From assembly GCA_903918885.1 (NCBI GenBank), contig CAIXFY010000009.1, positions 9,472 to 73,471 on the forward strand: a DNA stretch of 64,000 nt, in the 5' to 3' direction. Shown in pieces: positions 10,007 to 18,351 of the stretch. The position numbers and the translations under genes were made by a program. Numbering within the stretch: the first letter of the stretch is position 1; each line of letters opens with the position of its first letter. The notes under the pieces are model-generated. The model searched no databases, was not told where the DNA came from, and worked only from the letters and a program-made list of their open reading frames with translations. The DNA is from an uncultured Verrucomicrobia subdivision 3 bacterium. GTDB taxonomy: Bacteria; Verrucomicrobiota; Verrucomicrobiia; Limisphaerales; UBA11358.

Positions 10007-10522
10007 ATGAGCGAAAAAGAACAAAATTTTGAGGCGCTAAAGCAACTGCTGAAACTCAAGCAGCACGAGGTTCCGCCGCCGGGTTATTTCAACAACTTTT
10101 CCGACCAAGTCATCTCGCGCATTCGTGCGGGTGAGGTCAGCGGTGCACAGACCTTCACCGAACAATTGGAAGCAACCGCGCCATGGCTGGTTAATTTTCT
10201 GCGGATTTTTGAGACGCGTCCCGGCGTGATTGGCGCTTTTGCCACGAGCCTTTGCATCCTGCTGGTTTTGTCGGTGGTGTTCGCCGAGCGTTCAGACGAA
10301 TCTTCCAAAGCCGTGTTCTCGCTTACCGACCCGACGACGTCTGCTACCGACGGTTCCGTTGCCGCCGTGAGTGCGCCGCCGCTGCTGGCGGCCAGTGAAT
10401 CCTACGGCATCGCGGTCAGCACTAATCCTGTGGCCAGCCTCCAGCCGACGACGACGCTGTTTGGGCAGTCGGCTAATGCCGGTTTGTTCCAGTCCGCGAG
10501 CTTCGCGCCCGCCGGACAGTAA
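10007..10522 (+). CDS. Putative anti-sigma factor / single-pass membrane protein
   Basis: Starts 3 nt after the ECF sigma stop. It has one TM segment (VIGAFATSLCILLVLSVVFA). No canonical zf-HC2 motif was seen, so the call rests on position only. Confidence 0.45.
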   Translation: MSEKEQNFEALKQLLKLKQHEVPPPGYFNNFSDQVISRIRAGEVSGAQTFTEQLEATAPWLVNFLRIFETRPGVIGAFATSLCILLVLSVVFAERSDESSKAVFSLTDPTTSATDGSVAAVSAPPLLAASESYGIAVSTNPVASLQPTTTLFGQSANAGLFQSASFAPAGQ

Positions 10523-10590
10523 GATAAAAATTTTCGCTTTGACGCGGTGTGCGCTTGAAACGCCGCCGCGTTTTTCATTTAATCCTGCGA

Positions 10591-11367
10591 GTGCCAACCA
10601 AAGTCATCGCCGTCGCCAACCAAAAGGGCGGCGTGGGAAAAACCACCACCGCCGTCAACCTCGCCGCCTGCCTCGCGGCGGAAGGGCAACGCGTGCTCCT
10701 CTTCGATCTCGATCCGCAGGCCAACGCCACCAGCGGCGTAGGTTTGGAAAAGATTGACGGCGCGAGTGCCTATCAAGTTTTGCTGGGCGAAGGTTCCCTG
10801 CTCGAAAAAATCAAACCCACGAAATACGACCGGCTCGAAGCCATTCCCAGCGAAGTGGACCTGTGCGCCGCCGACCTCGAACTCGCGCGGTTGGAAAACC
10901 ATTTGCAGCGCGTCGCGCTCGCGCTCCAGCCCGTGCGTGACAGTGGGTGCTACGACCTTGTGCTGCTGGACTGCCCGCCGTCGCTCGGCATTTTATCGCT
11001 GAACGCCTTTGCCGCGTGTGACGGTGTTTTGGTTCCGCTGCAATGCGAGTATTACGCGCTCGAAGGCATCTCCATGATGAACCGCGTGCTCGACCAACTC
11101 CGCGCCGCCGGGGTGAATCCCAGTCTAAACATTTTCGGCGTGGTGATGACGATGTTCGACGGTCGCACCAAACTTTCCAACGAAGTTGTCGAGGAAGTTC
11201 GTCGGCTGCTCGGCGAAAAGGTTTTTGAAACGCTGATACCGCGCACCACGCGCCTCGCCGAAGCGCCGAGCCACGGCCAGCCAATCATTTACTACGACCA
11301 ATACAGCAGCGGCGCAGCAGCGTATCAATTGCTCGCGCAGGAAGTGATGGCGCGGCTGGCGATTTGA
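10591..11367 (+). CDS. parA: ParA/Soj-family ATPase
   Basis: Deviant Walker A motif KVIAVANQKGGVGKTTTAVNLAA, and DLDPQANAT. The GTG at 10591 is preferred over the listed 10549 start. No parB lies adjacent. Confidence 0.9.
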   Translation: MPTKVIAVANQKGGVGKTTTAVNLAACLAAEGQRVLLFDLDPQANATSGVGLEKIDGASAYQVLLGEGSLLEKIKPTKYDRLEAIPSEVDLCAADLELARLENHLQRVALALQPVRDSGCYDLVLLDCPPSLGILSLNAFAACDGVLVPLQCEYYALEGISMMNRVLDQLRAAGVNPSLNIFGVVMTMFDGRTKLSNEVVEEVRRLLGEKVFETLIPRTTRLAEAPSHGQPIIYYDQYSSGAAAYQLLAQEVMARLAI

Positions 11368-11463
11368 TTTGGTAATTCAGAAAATTGGGCGAGCGAATTT
11401 TGGATTTGTTTGCTTTTGCCTTTTGTCCGCGCCGGAAAAAGTGTTTCTTGGTTGCATCAAGTT

Positions 11464-12594
11464 ATGTTGAAGCGCACCGCACTTTTTTCCGCCCACCAAA
11501 AACTCGGCGGCAAGCTAATTGATTTCGGCGGCTGGGAAATGCCAGTTCAATACACCAGCATCACCGACGAGCACCTCGCCGTCCGCAGCGCCGCCGGTAT
11601 TTTTGACATCTCGCACATGGGCGAAGTCACCGTCAGCGGTCCGGGCGCGGAAGCGTTCCTGAATTCTGTTCTGACCAACGACGTTCGCAAGCTCGTATCG
11701 GGGCAGGGGCAATACACCCTGATGTGCAACCCGCAGGGCGGCGTGATTGACGACCTTTACGTCTATCGCTTGTCGGTGAACGTTTATCTGCTCGTCATCA
11801 ACGCCTCGCGCATCGAGGCGGACGTGGCGTGGCTCCGGGCGCAGGCCGCGAAATTCACCGGCGGCGAACTGAATCTCACCGATGCCTCGCATCATTACGC
11901 GGCCATCGCCGTGCAGGGGCCGAAGGTGAAAGATTTCATTTGCCAGTGCATTTCCGGTGCGTCGGCTTCGGTTTTTTCGGTGAACGCCGTCACGGACTTG
12001 AAGAAAAACCAGCTCGCCGGTTTTAATTTTGAGCAGCACAGTATTTTTGTCGCTCGCACCGGCTACACGGGCGAAGATGGGTTTGAGATTCTCGGCCCGG
12101 ACTCCGCCGTCCAGCATCTCTGGGACAAAATACTTTCCGTCGGCCAGCCATTCGGCATCAAGCCATGCGGCCTCGGCGCGCGCGACACGCTGCGCACGGA
12201 AGTTTGTTATCCGCTTTACGGCCACGAACTCGATGAGCAGACCACGCCGATTGAGGCGGGCGTCGGATTTTTTGTGGCGCTCGACAAAGGCGAATTCAAT
12301 GGCCGTGCCGTGCTTGCGGAGCAAAAGGCCAACGGCGTGAAGAAGAAACTGGTTGCGTTTAAAATGACCGACAAATCGGCCCCGCCGCGTCCGCATTATC
12401 CGATTTGGGTCAACGGCGTGAGCTTCGGCATCGTCACCAGCGGCACGCAAAGCCCGTCGCTGAACTGCGGCATCGGCATGGGTTTCGTGCCGATGGAACT
12501 GGCCAAGCCGGACACGACGATTGAAGTGGAGATTCGCGGACGTCGCTTTACGGCCGTGATTGTGCCGAAGCCAATTTTTAAGCCCGGCAAATGA
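11464..12594 (+). CDS. gcvT: Glycine cleavage system aminomethyltransferase (T protein)
   Basis: LKRTALFSAHQKLGGKLIDFGGWEMPVQY, FDISHMGE and ARTGYTGEDGFEI motifs. Start taken at the internal ATG at 11464. Confidence 0.93.
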   Translation: MLKRTALFSAHQKLGGKLIDFGGWEMPVQYTSITDEHLAVRSAAGIFDISHMGEVTVSGPGAEAFLNSVLTNDVRKLVSGQGQYTLMCNPQGGVIDDLYVYRLSVNVYLLVINASRIEADVAWLRAQAAKFTGGELNLTDASHHYAAIAVQGPKVKDFICQCISGASASVFSVNAVTDLKKNQLAGFNFEQHSIFVARTGYTGEDGFEILGPDSAVQHLWDKILSVGQPFGIKPCGLGARDTLRTEVCYPLYGHELDEQTTPIEAGVGFFVALDKGEFNGRAVLAEQKANGVKKKLVAFKMTDKSAPPRPHYPIWVNGVSFGIVTSGTQSPSLNCGIGMGFVPMELAKPDTTIEVEIRGRRFTAVIVPKPIFKPGK

Positions 12595-12771
12595 GGTGAT
12601 TGTGCGGTGCGGGTTGCATTATTTGATTCGATAATATTGCGCTCGCCTAAAATTGGCGTGCTAATGGCAAATTTGGGGCGGTAAAAGCTAATTTAGGTGA
12701 ATCGCCGGTGCGGACGGTCTGGTATTCGTGTTGATGTCCTTGAGCTTTTGAAGCATTTGGGATCGGTAACA

Positions 12772-13146
12772 ATGCAATCGTCCAACCCATATTTGGTTCT
12801 CCTCCTGCTGGCCGTAGCGGCTGTCGGCTTCGCGCTGACCCCGCTCGCGGCGGCGTGGGCTTGGGCGCATTTTTTTTCGCCGAACAAACCGGGCAAGGAC
12901 AAGAACGCCATTTACGAATGCGGCCTCGAATCCAAAGGCGATGCGTGGATTCATTTTCGTTCGGAATACTACCTTTATGCCATTATCTTTCTGGTGTTCG
13001 ACGTGGAGACGATTTTCCTGCTGCCCTTCGCGGTGTCATTTGCCGGCCTGCCGGTCGGCGCGTTTGTGGCGATGGTGATTTTTCTCCTGCTCCTGGTCGA
13101 GGGGCTGGTTTGGGCGTGGCGCAAGGGATTTTTGAACTGGAAATGA
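12772..13146 (+). CDS. nuoA: NADH-quinone oxidoreductase subunit A
   Basis: ~124 aa with three TM segments; YECG..., YYLYAIIFLVFDVETIFLLP signature. First gene of the nuo cluster. Confidence 0.9.
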   Translation: MQSSNPYLVLLLLAVAAVGFALTPLAAAWAWAHFFSPNKPGKDKNAIYECGLESKGDAWIHFRSEYYLYAIIFLVFDVETIFLLPFAVSFAGLPVGAFVAMVIFLLLLVEGLVWAWRKGFLNWK

Positions 13147-13233
13147 AAAATCATCGTCATCGTCATCGTCATCCTCATGAATCGCTTTTGAGCATGAGGT
13201 TGAGCATGACGATGAGGAAGAATAGATTTTGCC

Positions 13234-13845
13234 ATGATTGACGAAGGTCTAAAAAGCGAACTCCAGAAACAAGGCGTCTATGTGACGACCTTGGAGGATT
13301 TGTATAACTGGGGCCGCGCGAACTCCGTGTGGCCGCTGACATTCGGCCTCGCGTGCTGCGCCATCGAAATGATGGCGGCGTCCATGGCGCGCTTTGACCT
13401 CGCGCGCTTCGGCGCGGAAGTCTTCCGTCCCTCGCCGCGTCAGGCGGATTTGATGATTGTCGCCGGCACGGTCACAAAAAAAATGGCACCGCTCGTCGTG
13501 CGGATTTACAACCAGATGCCCGAGCCGAAATACGTCATCGCGATGGGCGCGTGTGCGATTTCCGGCGGGCCGTTCAAGCAGGGCTATAACGTGCTCAAGG
13601 GCGTGGACCGTTATCTGCCGGTGGACGTGGCGATTCCCGGCTGTCCGCCGCGGCCCGAGGCGCTGATTCACGCGATCATGACTTTGCAGGAAAAAATTCT
13701 GGCGCAGAAACTCACCGGCCCCGACCGTCCGCGCCATCTGAACGCCGATGTCGCCAGCGAATTTCCCGTGCCGGCTTATGGCCCGCATGATTTGGAACCG
13801 CCGAAGAATGACGCCGTCTGGCATCCGACGGTCATCAAACGCTAA
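13234..13845 (+). CDS. nuoB: NADH-quinone oxidoreductase subunit B
   Basis: N2 cluster ligand motifs [17 protein letters not shown] and [11 protein letters not shown]. Confidence 0.95.
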   Translation: MIDEGLKSELQKQGVYVTTLEDLYNWGRANSVWPLTFGLACCAIEMMAASMARFDLARFGAEVFRPSPRQADLMIVAGTVTKKMAPLVVRIYNQMPEPKYVIAMGACAISGGPFKQGYNVLKGVDRYLPVDVAIPGCPPRPEALIHAIMTLQEKILAQKLTGPDRPRHLNADVASEFPVPAYGPHDLEPPKNDAVWHPTVIKR

Positions 13846-13848
13846 ACC

Positions 13849-14496
13849 GTGGAAACACTCGAACAAATCAAGGCGCGCCTCGAAGCCGCACTGCCGTCCG
13901 CGAAAATTGAAGTTCTCGCGAACGAATGCGCCGCCGGTGAACGCTCGCTGCTCGTGGATGCCGCGAGCGGTTTTACCGTGGCAAAATTTCTCCGCGACGA
14001 CGCGCAGTTGAAACTGGATTACTGCTCGAACGTCACCGGCGTGGACTGGCCGGACAAGGAATTGACGGAGAAAATCAAAGTCAAACAGGTTGTGGATGGC
14101 GTGGAAAAAGAAGTCGAGGAAGTGAAAAAAAACATTCGCCCCGGTTATCTCGAAGTCGTTTATCACCTTTATTCAATGGGATTGAAACACGGTCCGGTGG
14201 TTTTGCGGCTGCGCACGGAAAATCGTGCGGACAAGACGCATTTGCCGTCGCTCACGCCGCTCTGGCGTGGCGCGGAATTTCAGGAGCGCGAGGTTTACGA
14301 TTTGTATGGCGTAATTTTTTACGGCCATCCCGATCTGCGCCGCATTTTGATGTGGGACGAATTTGTCGGTTTTCCGATGCGCCGTGATTACATCGCGCCG
14401 GACGATTTTGAATACGAGCCGACGCCGCACGACGAAGTTTTGGTCGAGGCGAAAAAGCATTATCCGGCAGAGCCGAAAGCGGAGGTGAAACCGTGA
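13849..14496 (+). CDS. nuoC: NADH-quinone oxidoreductase subunit C
   Basis: 30-kDa subunit signature ..WRGAEFQEREVYDLYGVIFYGHPDLRRIL... GTG start. Confidence 0.92.
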   Translation: METLEQIKARLEAALPSAKIEVLANECAAGERSLLVDAASGFTVAKFLRDDAQLKLDYCSNVTGVDWPDKELTEKIKVKQVVDGVEKEVEEVKKNIRPGYLEVVYHLYSMGLKHGPVVLRLRTENRADKTHLPSLTPLWRGAEFQEREVYDLYGVIFYGHPDLRRILMWDEFVGFPMRRDYIAPDDFEYEPTPHDEVLVEAKKHYPAEPKAEVKP

Positions 14497-15662
14497 ACGC
14501 CCTCGCCACGCCGCCGAAAAATTTTGAAGTGAAGCCGAAGCTCGCCGCGAACGGCGAGGAACTCGGCGAACTGCTGGAAGTCTCCATGGGACCGCATCAT
14601 CCGTCCACGCATGGCGTGTTTCGCATGGATGTGGTGCTCGACGGCGAAAAAGTCGTGAAGCTCAAGCCGGTGTTCGGCTATCTGCATCGCAACCACGAGA
14701 AGATTGGCGAGAATATTTCGTATCTCGCCAACATGCCTTACACCGACCGGCTGGATTACTTTTGTTCGATGACAAACAACTGGGCTTACGCGCTGACCAT
14801 CGAGAAGCTCGCCGGCTTGGTCGTTCCTGAACGCGCGGAATACATCCGCGCCATCATGGCGGAACTCACGCGCCTCCAGAATCACACCTGTCTCATCGGC
14901 TTTTTCGTCCAGGACATGGGCGCGCTCGGCACGCCGATGATGTATGCCTTCCGCGAACGCGAAAAAATCCTCGACCTGTTCGAGGAGGTCAGCGGCGCGC
15001 GGATGATGTGCAATTACATGCGTTTCGGCGGCGTGCGCGTGGATGTGAACGACGAATGGATCGCGAAGACGAAAAAAGTTGTCGCCGACTACAGCAAGTT
15101 TCTCGACGAATTCGGAACATTCCTCACCGAAAACGAAATTGTCCTCGCCCGCACACAATTTGTCGGCGTGTTGCCGAAAGATTTGGCGATCAATGCGTCC
15201 ATCACCGGCCCGATGCTCCGCGCCGCCGGCGTGAATTACGATCTGCGCAAGGTGGACAAATACGGCATTTACAGCCGGTTCAATTTTCAGGTGCCGGTTG
15301 GCGAACACGGCGACATTTACGACCGCTATATGATCCGCGTTTTGGAAATGCGCGAGAGCATCAAGATTTTGGAGCAGGCGCTGCGTGACATTCCCGTCGG
15401 ACCGGTCATGGACCCGAAGGCGAAGTTGCGCGGATTCCGCCCGAAAGCTGGTGAAGTTTACGGTCGCGTTGAGGCGCCAAAAGGCGAACTCGGATTTTAT
15501 GTGATCAGCGATGGTTCGCCGAATCCGTATCGCTACCGCGTGCGTCCGCCGAGTTTCATCAACCTGACCATTTTGGAAGACATGTGTCTCGGCCACAACA
15601 TTTCCGACGCCGTCGTGATTCTCGGCAGCGTGGACATCGTGCTCGGTGAAGTGGATCGCTAA
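14493..15662 (+). CDS. nuoD: NADH-quinone oxidoreductase subunit D
   Basis: 49-kDa subunit: MGPHHPSTHGVFR, YLHRNHEKI, and a C-terminal ..VILGSVDIVLGEVDR. GTGA overlap with nuoC. Confidence 0.95.
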   Translation: MNALATPPKNFEVKPKLAANGEELGELLEVSMGPHHPSTHGVFRMDVVLDGEKVVKLKPVFGYLHRNHEKIGENISYLANMPYTDRLDYFCSMTNNWAYALTIEKLAGLVVPERAEYIRAIMAELTRLQNHTCLIGFFVQDMGALGTPMMYAFREREKILDLFEEVSGARMMCNYMRFGGVRVDVNDEWIAKTKKVVADYSKFLDEFGTFLTENEIVLARTQFVGVLPKDLAINASITGPMLRAAGVNYDLRKVDKYGIYSRFNFQVPVGEHGDIYDRYMIRVLEMRESIKILEQALRDIPVGPVMDPKAKLRGFRPKAGEVYGRVEAPKGELGFYVISDGSPNPYRYRVRPPSFINLTILEDMCLGHNISDAVVILGSVDIVLGEVDR

Positions 15663-15673
15663 AAAATATTTTT

Positions 15674-16327
15674 ATGCTCGGTGAGCAAATCATTAAAGGC
15701 ATGGCGGTGACCGCCAGGAATTTCTTCGGAAGCTACTTTTCGAAGAATCGCCTCACCACCGTGCAATATCCCGAAGAACGCCTGCCGCAAAAGGGCAACA
15801 CGCGGCAGTTCCCGTTTCTCGTGTATGACGGCGACGACGCGGAGAAGGGCCTGCGCTGCGTCGCGTGCCAGATTTGCGAAAAAGAATGTCCGCCGAAATG
15901 CATCTACATCGTCAAGAGCAAGGACAAGAAGCCCGATTACAAAGGCCAGCCGCAGATTTATCCGCTGACCTTCGACATTGATATTTCGGTGTGCATGAGC
16001 TGCCAGATTTGCGTCGAGGTCTGCCCGTTCGAGTCCATCAAGATGAACACCGAGTTTGAATTGAGCACGGCGGATCGCTTCGGCGACCTGCTGCTGACCA
16101 AGGAAAAACTCGCGAAGCCGAACAGCTATTACCAAAAGATTCATCCGGCGGACGCGGCTGAATCGGACGCCGTCATCGCCGCCGAAAAAGCCAAGGCCGA
16201 GGCCAAGGCCAAAGCCGCCGCCGAAGCAAAAGTGAAAGCGGATGCTGAAGCCAAAGCCAAGGCTGCTGCGGCTGCCGCCGCCGCGCCCATCGCACCGCCG
16301 CCGGCCAACCCGCCAACCACGACTTGA
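15674..16327 (+). CDS. nuoI: NADH-quinone oxidoreductase subunit I (2x[4Fe-4S]) with Ala/Lys-rich C-terminal tail
   Basis: CVACQICEKECPP and CMSCQICVEVCPF ferredoxin motifs. Tail reads AEKAKAEAKAKAAAEAKVKADAEAKAKAAAAAAAAPIAPPPANPPTTT. Confidence 0.92.
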   Translation: MLGEQIIKGMAVTARNFFGSYFSKNRLTTVQYPEERLPQKGNTRQFPFLVYDGDDAEKGLRCVACQICEKECPPKCIYIVKSKDKKPDYKGQPQIYPLTFDIDISVCMSCQICVEVCPFESIKMNTEFELSTADRFGDLLLTKEKLAKPNSYYQKIHPADAAESDAVIAAEKAKAEAKAKAAAEAKVKADAEAKAKAAAAAAAAPIAPPPANPPTTT

Positions 16328-16329
16328 AA

Positions 16330-17526
16330 ATGTTTGACCAGCTCGACCAAATTTTTGTGAACGCCCTGCACTGGCTCGTGGGCTTTGTGCCGGAAGTGCT
16401 GCGTCCGCTGGTAACGCCGCTCATCTGCATCAGTTTCATTCTAATGGTATTCCCGGCATTTTTTTCCATCATCACGATTTTCGAGCGCAAGGGCATTGGT
16501 CGTATCCAAAATCGCTACGGCCCGAACCGCGTCGGCATACCGTTCACCAAAATCCGTCTCGCCGGCTTCGGCCAATTTTTGCCGGACGGCCTGAAAATGC
16601 TCACGAAAGAAGACATCGTTCCGCGCGCGGCGGACAAGCTGGTTCATTTCCTCGCGCCGGTCGTGATGCTGATTCCGGTGTTGCTCTCGTATTCCGTTTT
16701 GCCATTCGGCAAGAACATGACGCTCGCCGATTATGACGCCGGTTTGTTGTTTTTCTTTGCCGTCGGTGGCGCGGTGGAGATCGCCGTGTTCATGGCCGGT
16801 TGGTCGAGTCGCAATAAATACTCGCTGCTCGGCGCGATGCGCGCCATCGCGCAGATGGTCAGCTACGAAATTCCGCTCATCCTGTCCGCCGTCAGCGTGG
16901 TGATGATTGTCGGTTCGCTGAAATTGACCGACATCATCGCGCACCAGAACCATTACACCTTCGGCATTGCGCACTGGCATGTCTTCACGCCGTGGGGTTT
17001 CATCGGCTTCGTGCTGTTTTTCATCGCGTCGCTCGCGGAATCCAACCGCACGCCGTTCGATTTGCCGGAAGCGGAATCCGAAATCATCGCCGGTTATTTC
17101 ACCGAGTATTCCGGCTTCAAGTTCGCGCTGTTTTTCCTCGGCGAATACCTCGGCATGTTCGCCATCATCGGCCTCGGCATCACGCTGTTCCTCGGCGGCT
17201 GGACCGCGCCGTTCTCCTTTCTGGCTTGGATTCCGTCGTGGATCTGGTTTTTCGGCAAACTGACCGCCATCATTTTCGTGTTCATCTGGATTCGCGCCAC
17301 GCTGCCGCGCTTGCGTATGGATCAACTGATGAATTTCGCCTGGAAATTCATGCTGCCGCTCGCGCTCATCAACATTCTCGTCGCCGGCATCTGGCATTAT
17401 ATGGCCGCCGATTGGCAACGCTGGCTCGTCTGCGGCGCGCTCATCGCTGGCGCGTATGTGCTGCTCGGTCGCGGCCTGATGCAGAATCAAAAACTCGGCA
17501 AACGCATTTATCGCTACGCGGAATAA
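16330..17526 (+). CDS. nuoH: NADH-quinone oxidoreductase subunit H
   Basis: ERKGIGRIQNRYGPNRVG, NRTPFDLPEAESE..GYFTEYSG signatures; polytopic membrane protein. The ATG at 16330 is preferred over the TTG at 16324. Confidence 0.93.
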   Translation: MFDQLDQIFVNALHWLVGFVPEVLRPLVTPLICISFILMVFPAFFSIITIFERKGIGRIQNRYGPNRVGIPFTKIRLAGFGQFLPDGLKMLTKEDIVPRAADKLVHFLAPVVMLIPVLLSYSVLPFGKNMTLADYDAGLLFFFAVGGAVEIAVFMAGWSSRNKYSLLGAMRAIAQMVSYEIPLILSAVSVVMIVGSLKLTDIIAHQNHYTFGIAHWHVFTPWGFIGFVLFFIASLAESNRTPFDLPEAESEIIAGYFTEYSGFKFALFFLGEYLGMFAIIGLGITLFLGGWTAPFSFLAWIPSWIWFFGKLTAIIFVFIWIRATLPRLRMDQLMNFAWKFMLPLALINILVAGIWHYMAADWQRWLVCGALIAGAYVLLGRGLMQNQKLGKRIYRYAE

Positions 17527-17527
17527 A

Positions 17528-18043
17528 ATGACTCTCGCCCTCATCATCACTGCGCTTGTGACCGTCCTGGCCGCCGCCACGGTCATGAGCCTGCGCAACC
17601 TCGTGCATTGCGCGCTCGCGATGGCGGTCGCGTTCTCCGGCGTCGCCGCGCTGTATTTGCAACTCAACGCCGAGTTCGTCGGCTTCGCGGAAATCTTGGT
17701 CTATGTCGGCGCCATCGCCATCCTGATCGTGTTCGCAATTTTGCTGACGCGCAGCGGCGAAACGCCGGAAAAAAGCGTGCTGACTTCCGGCTGGCTCGCT
17801 GGCGTCGCTGTCTCTGCGATGGTGTTCACGCTGCTCGGTTGGGCGGTTCTGACCAGTTCCGCGCTGCCAAAGGAAATTGCCATCGCGCCCGCCGCGCCGG
17901 TTAAAAACATCGGCGACGCGCTGATGTCGAAATTTGTTCTGCCGCTGGAAATCGTCGGCTTGGTGCTCACCGCCGCGATGATTGGTGCGGTCATCATCGC
18001 TTTGAAAGAAGACAAAAAAGACAACTCCGGAGGCCAGCCATGA
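17528..18043 (+). CDS. nuoJ: NADH-quinone oxidoreductase subunit J
   Basis: 171-aa polytopic protein in the nuoJ position (AEFVGFAEILVYVGAIAILIVFAILL). Confidence 0.88.
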   Translation: MTLALIITALVTVLAAATVMSLRNLVHCALAMAVAFSGVAALYLQLNAEFVGFAEILVYVGAIAILIVFAILLTRSGETPEKSVLTSGWLAGVAVSAMVFTLLGWAVLTSSALPKEIAIAPAAPVKNIGDALMSKFVLPLEIVGLVLTAAMIGAVIIALKEDKKDNSGGQP

Positions 18044-18351
18044 CGCCGCTGCAAGTCTGCCTGCTCGTCTCGGCATTTCTATTCGCCATCGGCTTTGCCG
18101 GTGCTGTGACGCGCCGTCACGCCATCCTCGTGCTGATTGGCATTGAACTGATGCTCAACGCCGCGAACCTGAATTTCATCGCGTTCTGGCGCTACGGTGC
18201 ACATCCCGAAGCGCTGACCGGCATTATCTTCGTTTTGTTCTCAATGGCGCTGGCCGGTGCGGAAGCAGCCGTCGGCTTGGCGCTGGTCATCGCGATTTAC
18301 CGGCACAAGAAGACTTCCAATTTGGATGAAGTGAAGGAGCTGAAAGGATGA
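18040..18351 (+). CDS. nuoK: NADH-quinone oxidoreductase subunit K
   Basis: 103 aa with three TM segments; GIELMLNAANLNF and AGAEAAVGLALV motifs. ATGA overlaps on both sides. Confidence 0.92.
   Translation: MTPLQVCLLVSAFLFAIGFAGAVTRRHAILVLIGIELMLNAANLNFIAFWRYGAHPEALTGIIFVLFSMALAGAEAAVGLALVIAIYRHKKTSNLDEVKELKG

Noticed and set aside
11368-11463. Glycine riboswitch upstream of gcvT.
   Set aside because: I looked for the conserved GGAGAG...CACCG...GGGCAA-type cores and found none. The leader is short (about 95 nt) and AT-rich without the tandem aptamer pattern.
12855-13241. 128-aa ORF overlapping nuoA out of frame.
   Set aside because: Most of it is an alternative frame of the well-supported nuoA gene. 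Only its last 32 codons, starting at the ATG at 13143 in the nuoA-nuoB spacer, are considered, and they are reported separately as a micro-ORF finding.
13249-15596. Long minus-strand ORFs (13249..14166 and 14460..15596) across nuoB-nuoD. Comparable ones lie at 23309..24421, 51481..52389, 52242..53648, 33310..34296, 31584..32678, 38380..39246 and 11515..12450.
   Set aside because: They are antisense to confidently identified genes, have biased low-complexity composition and contain no recognisable domains.
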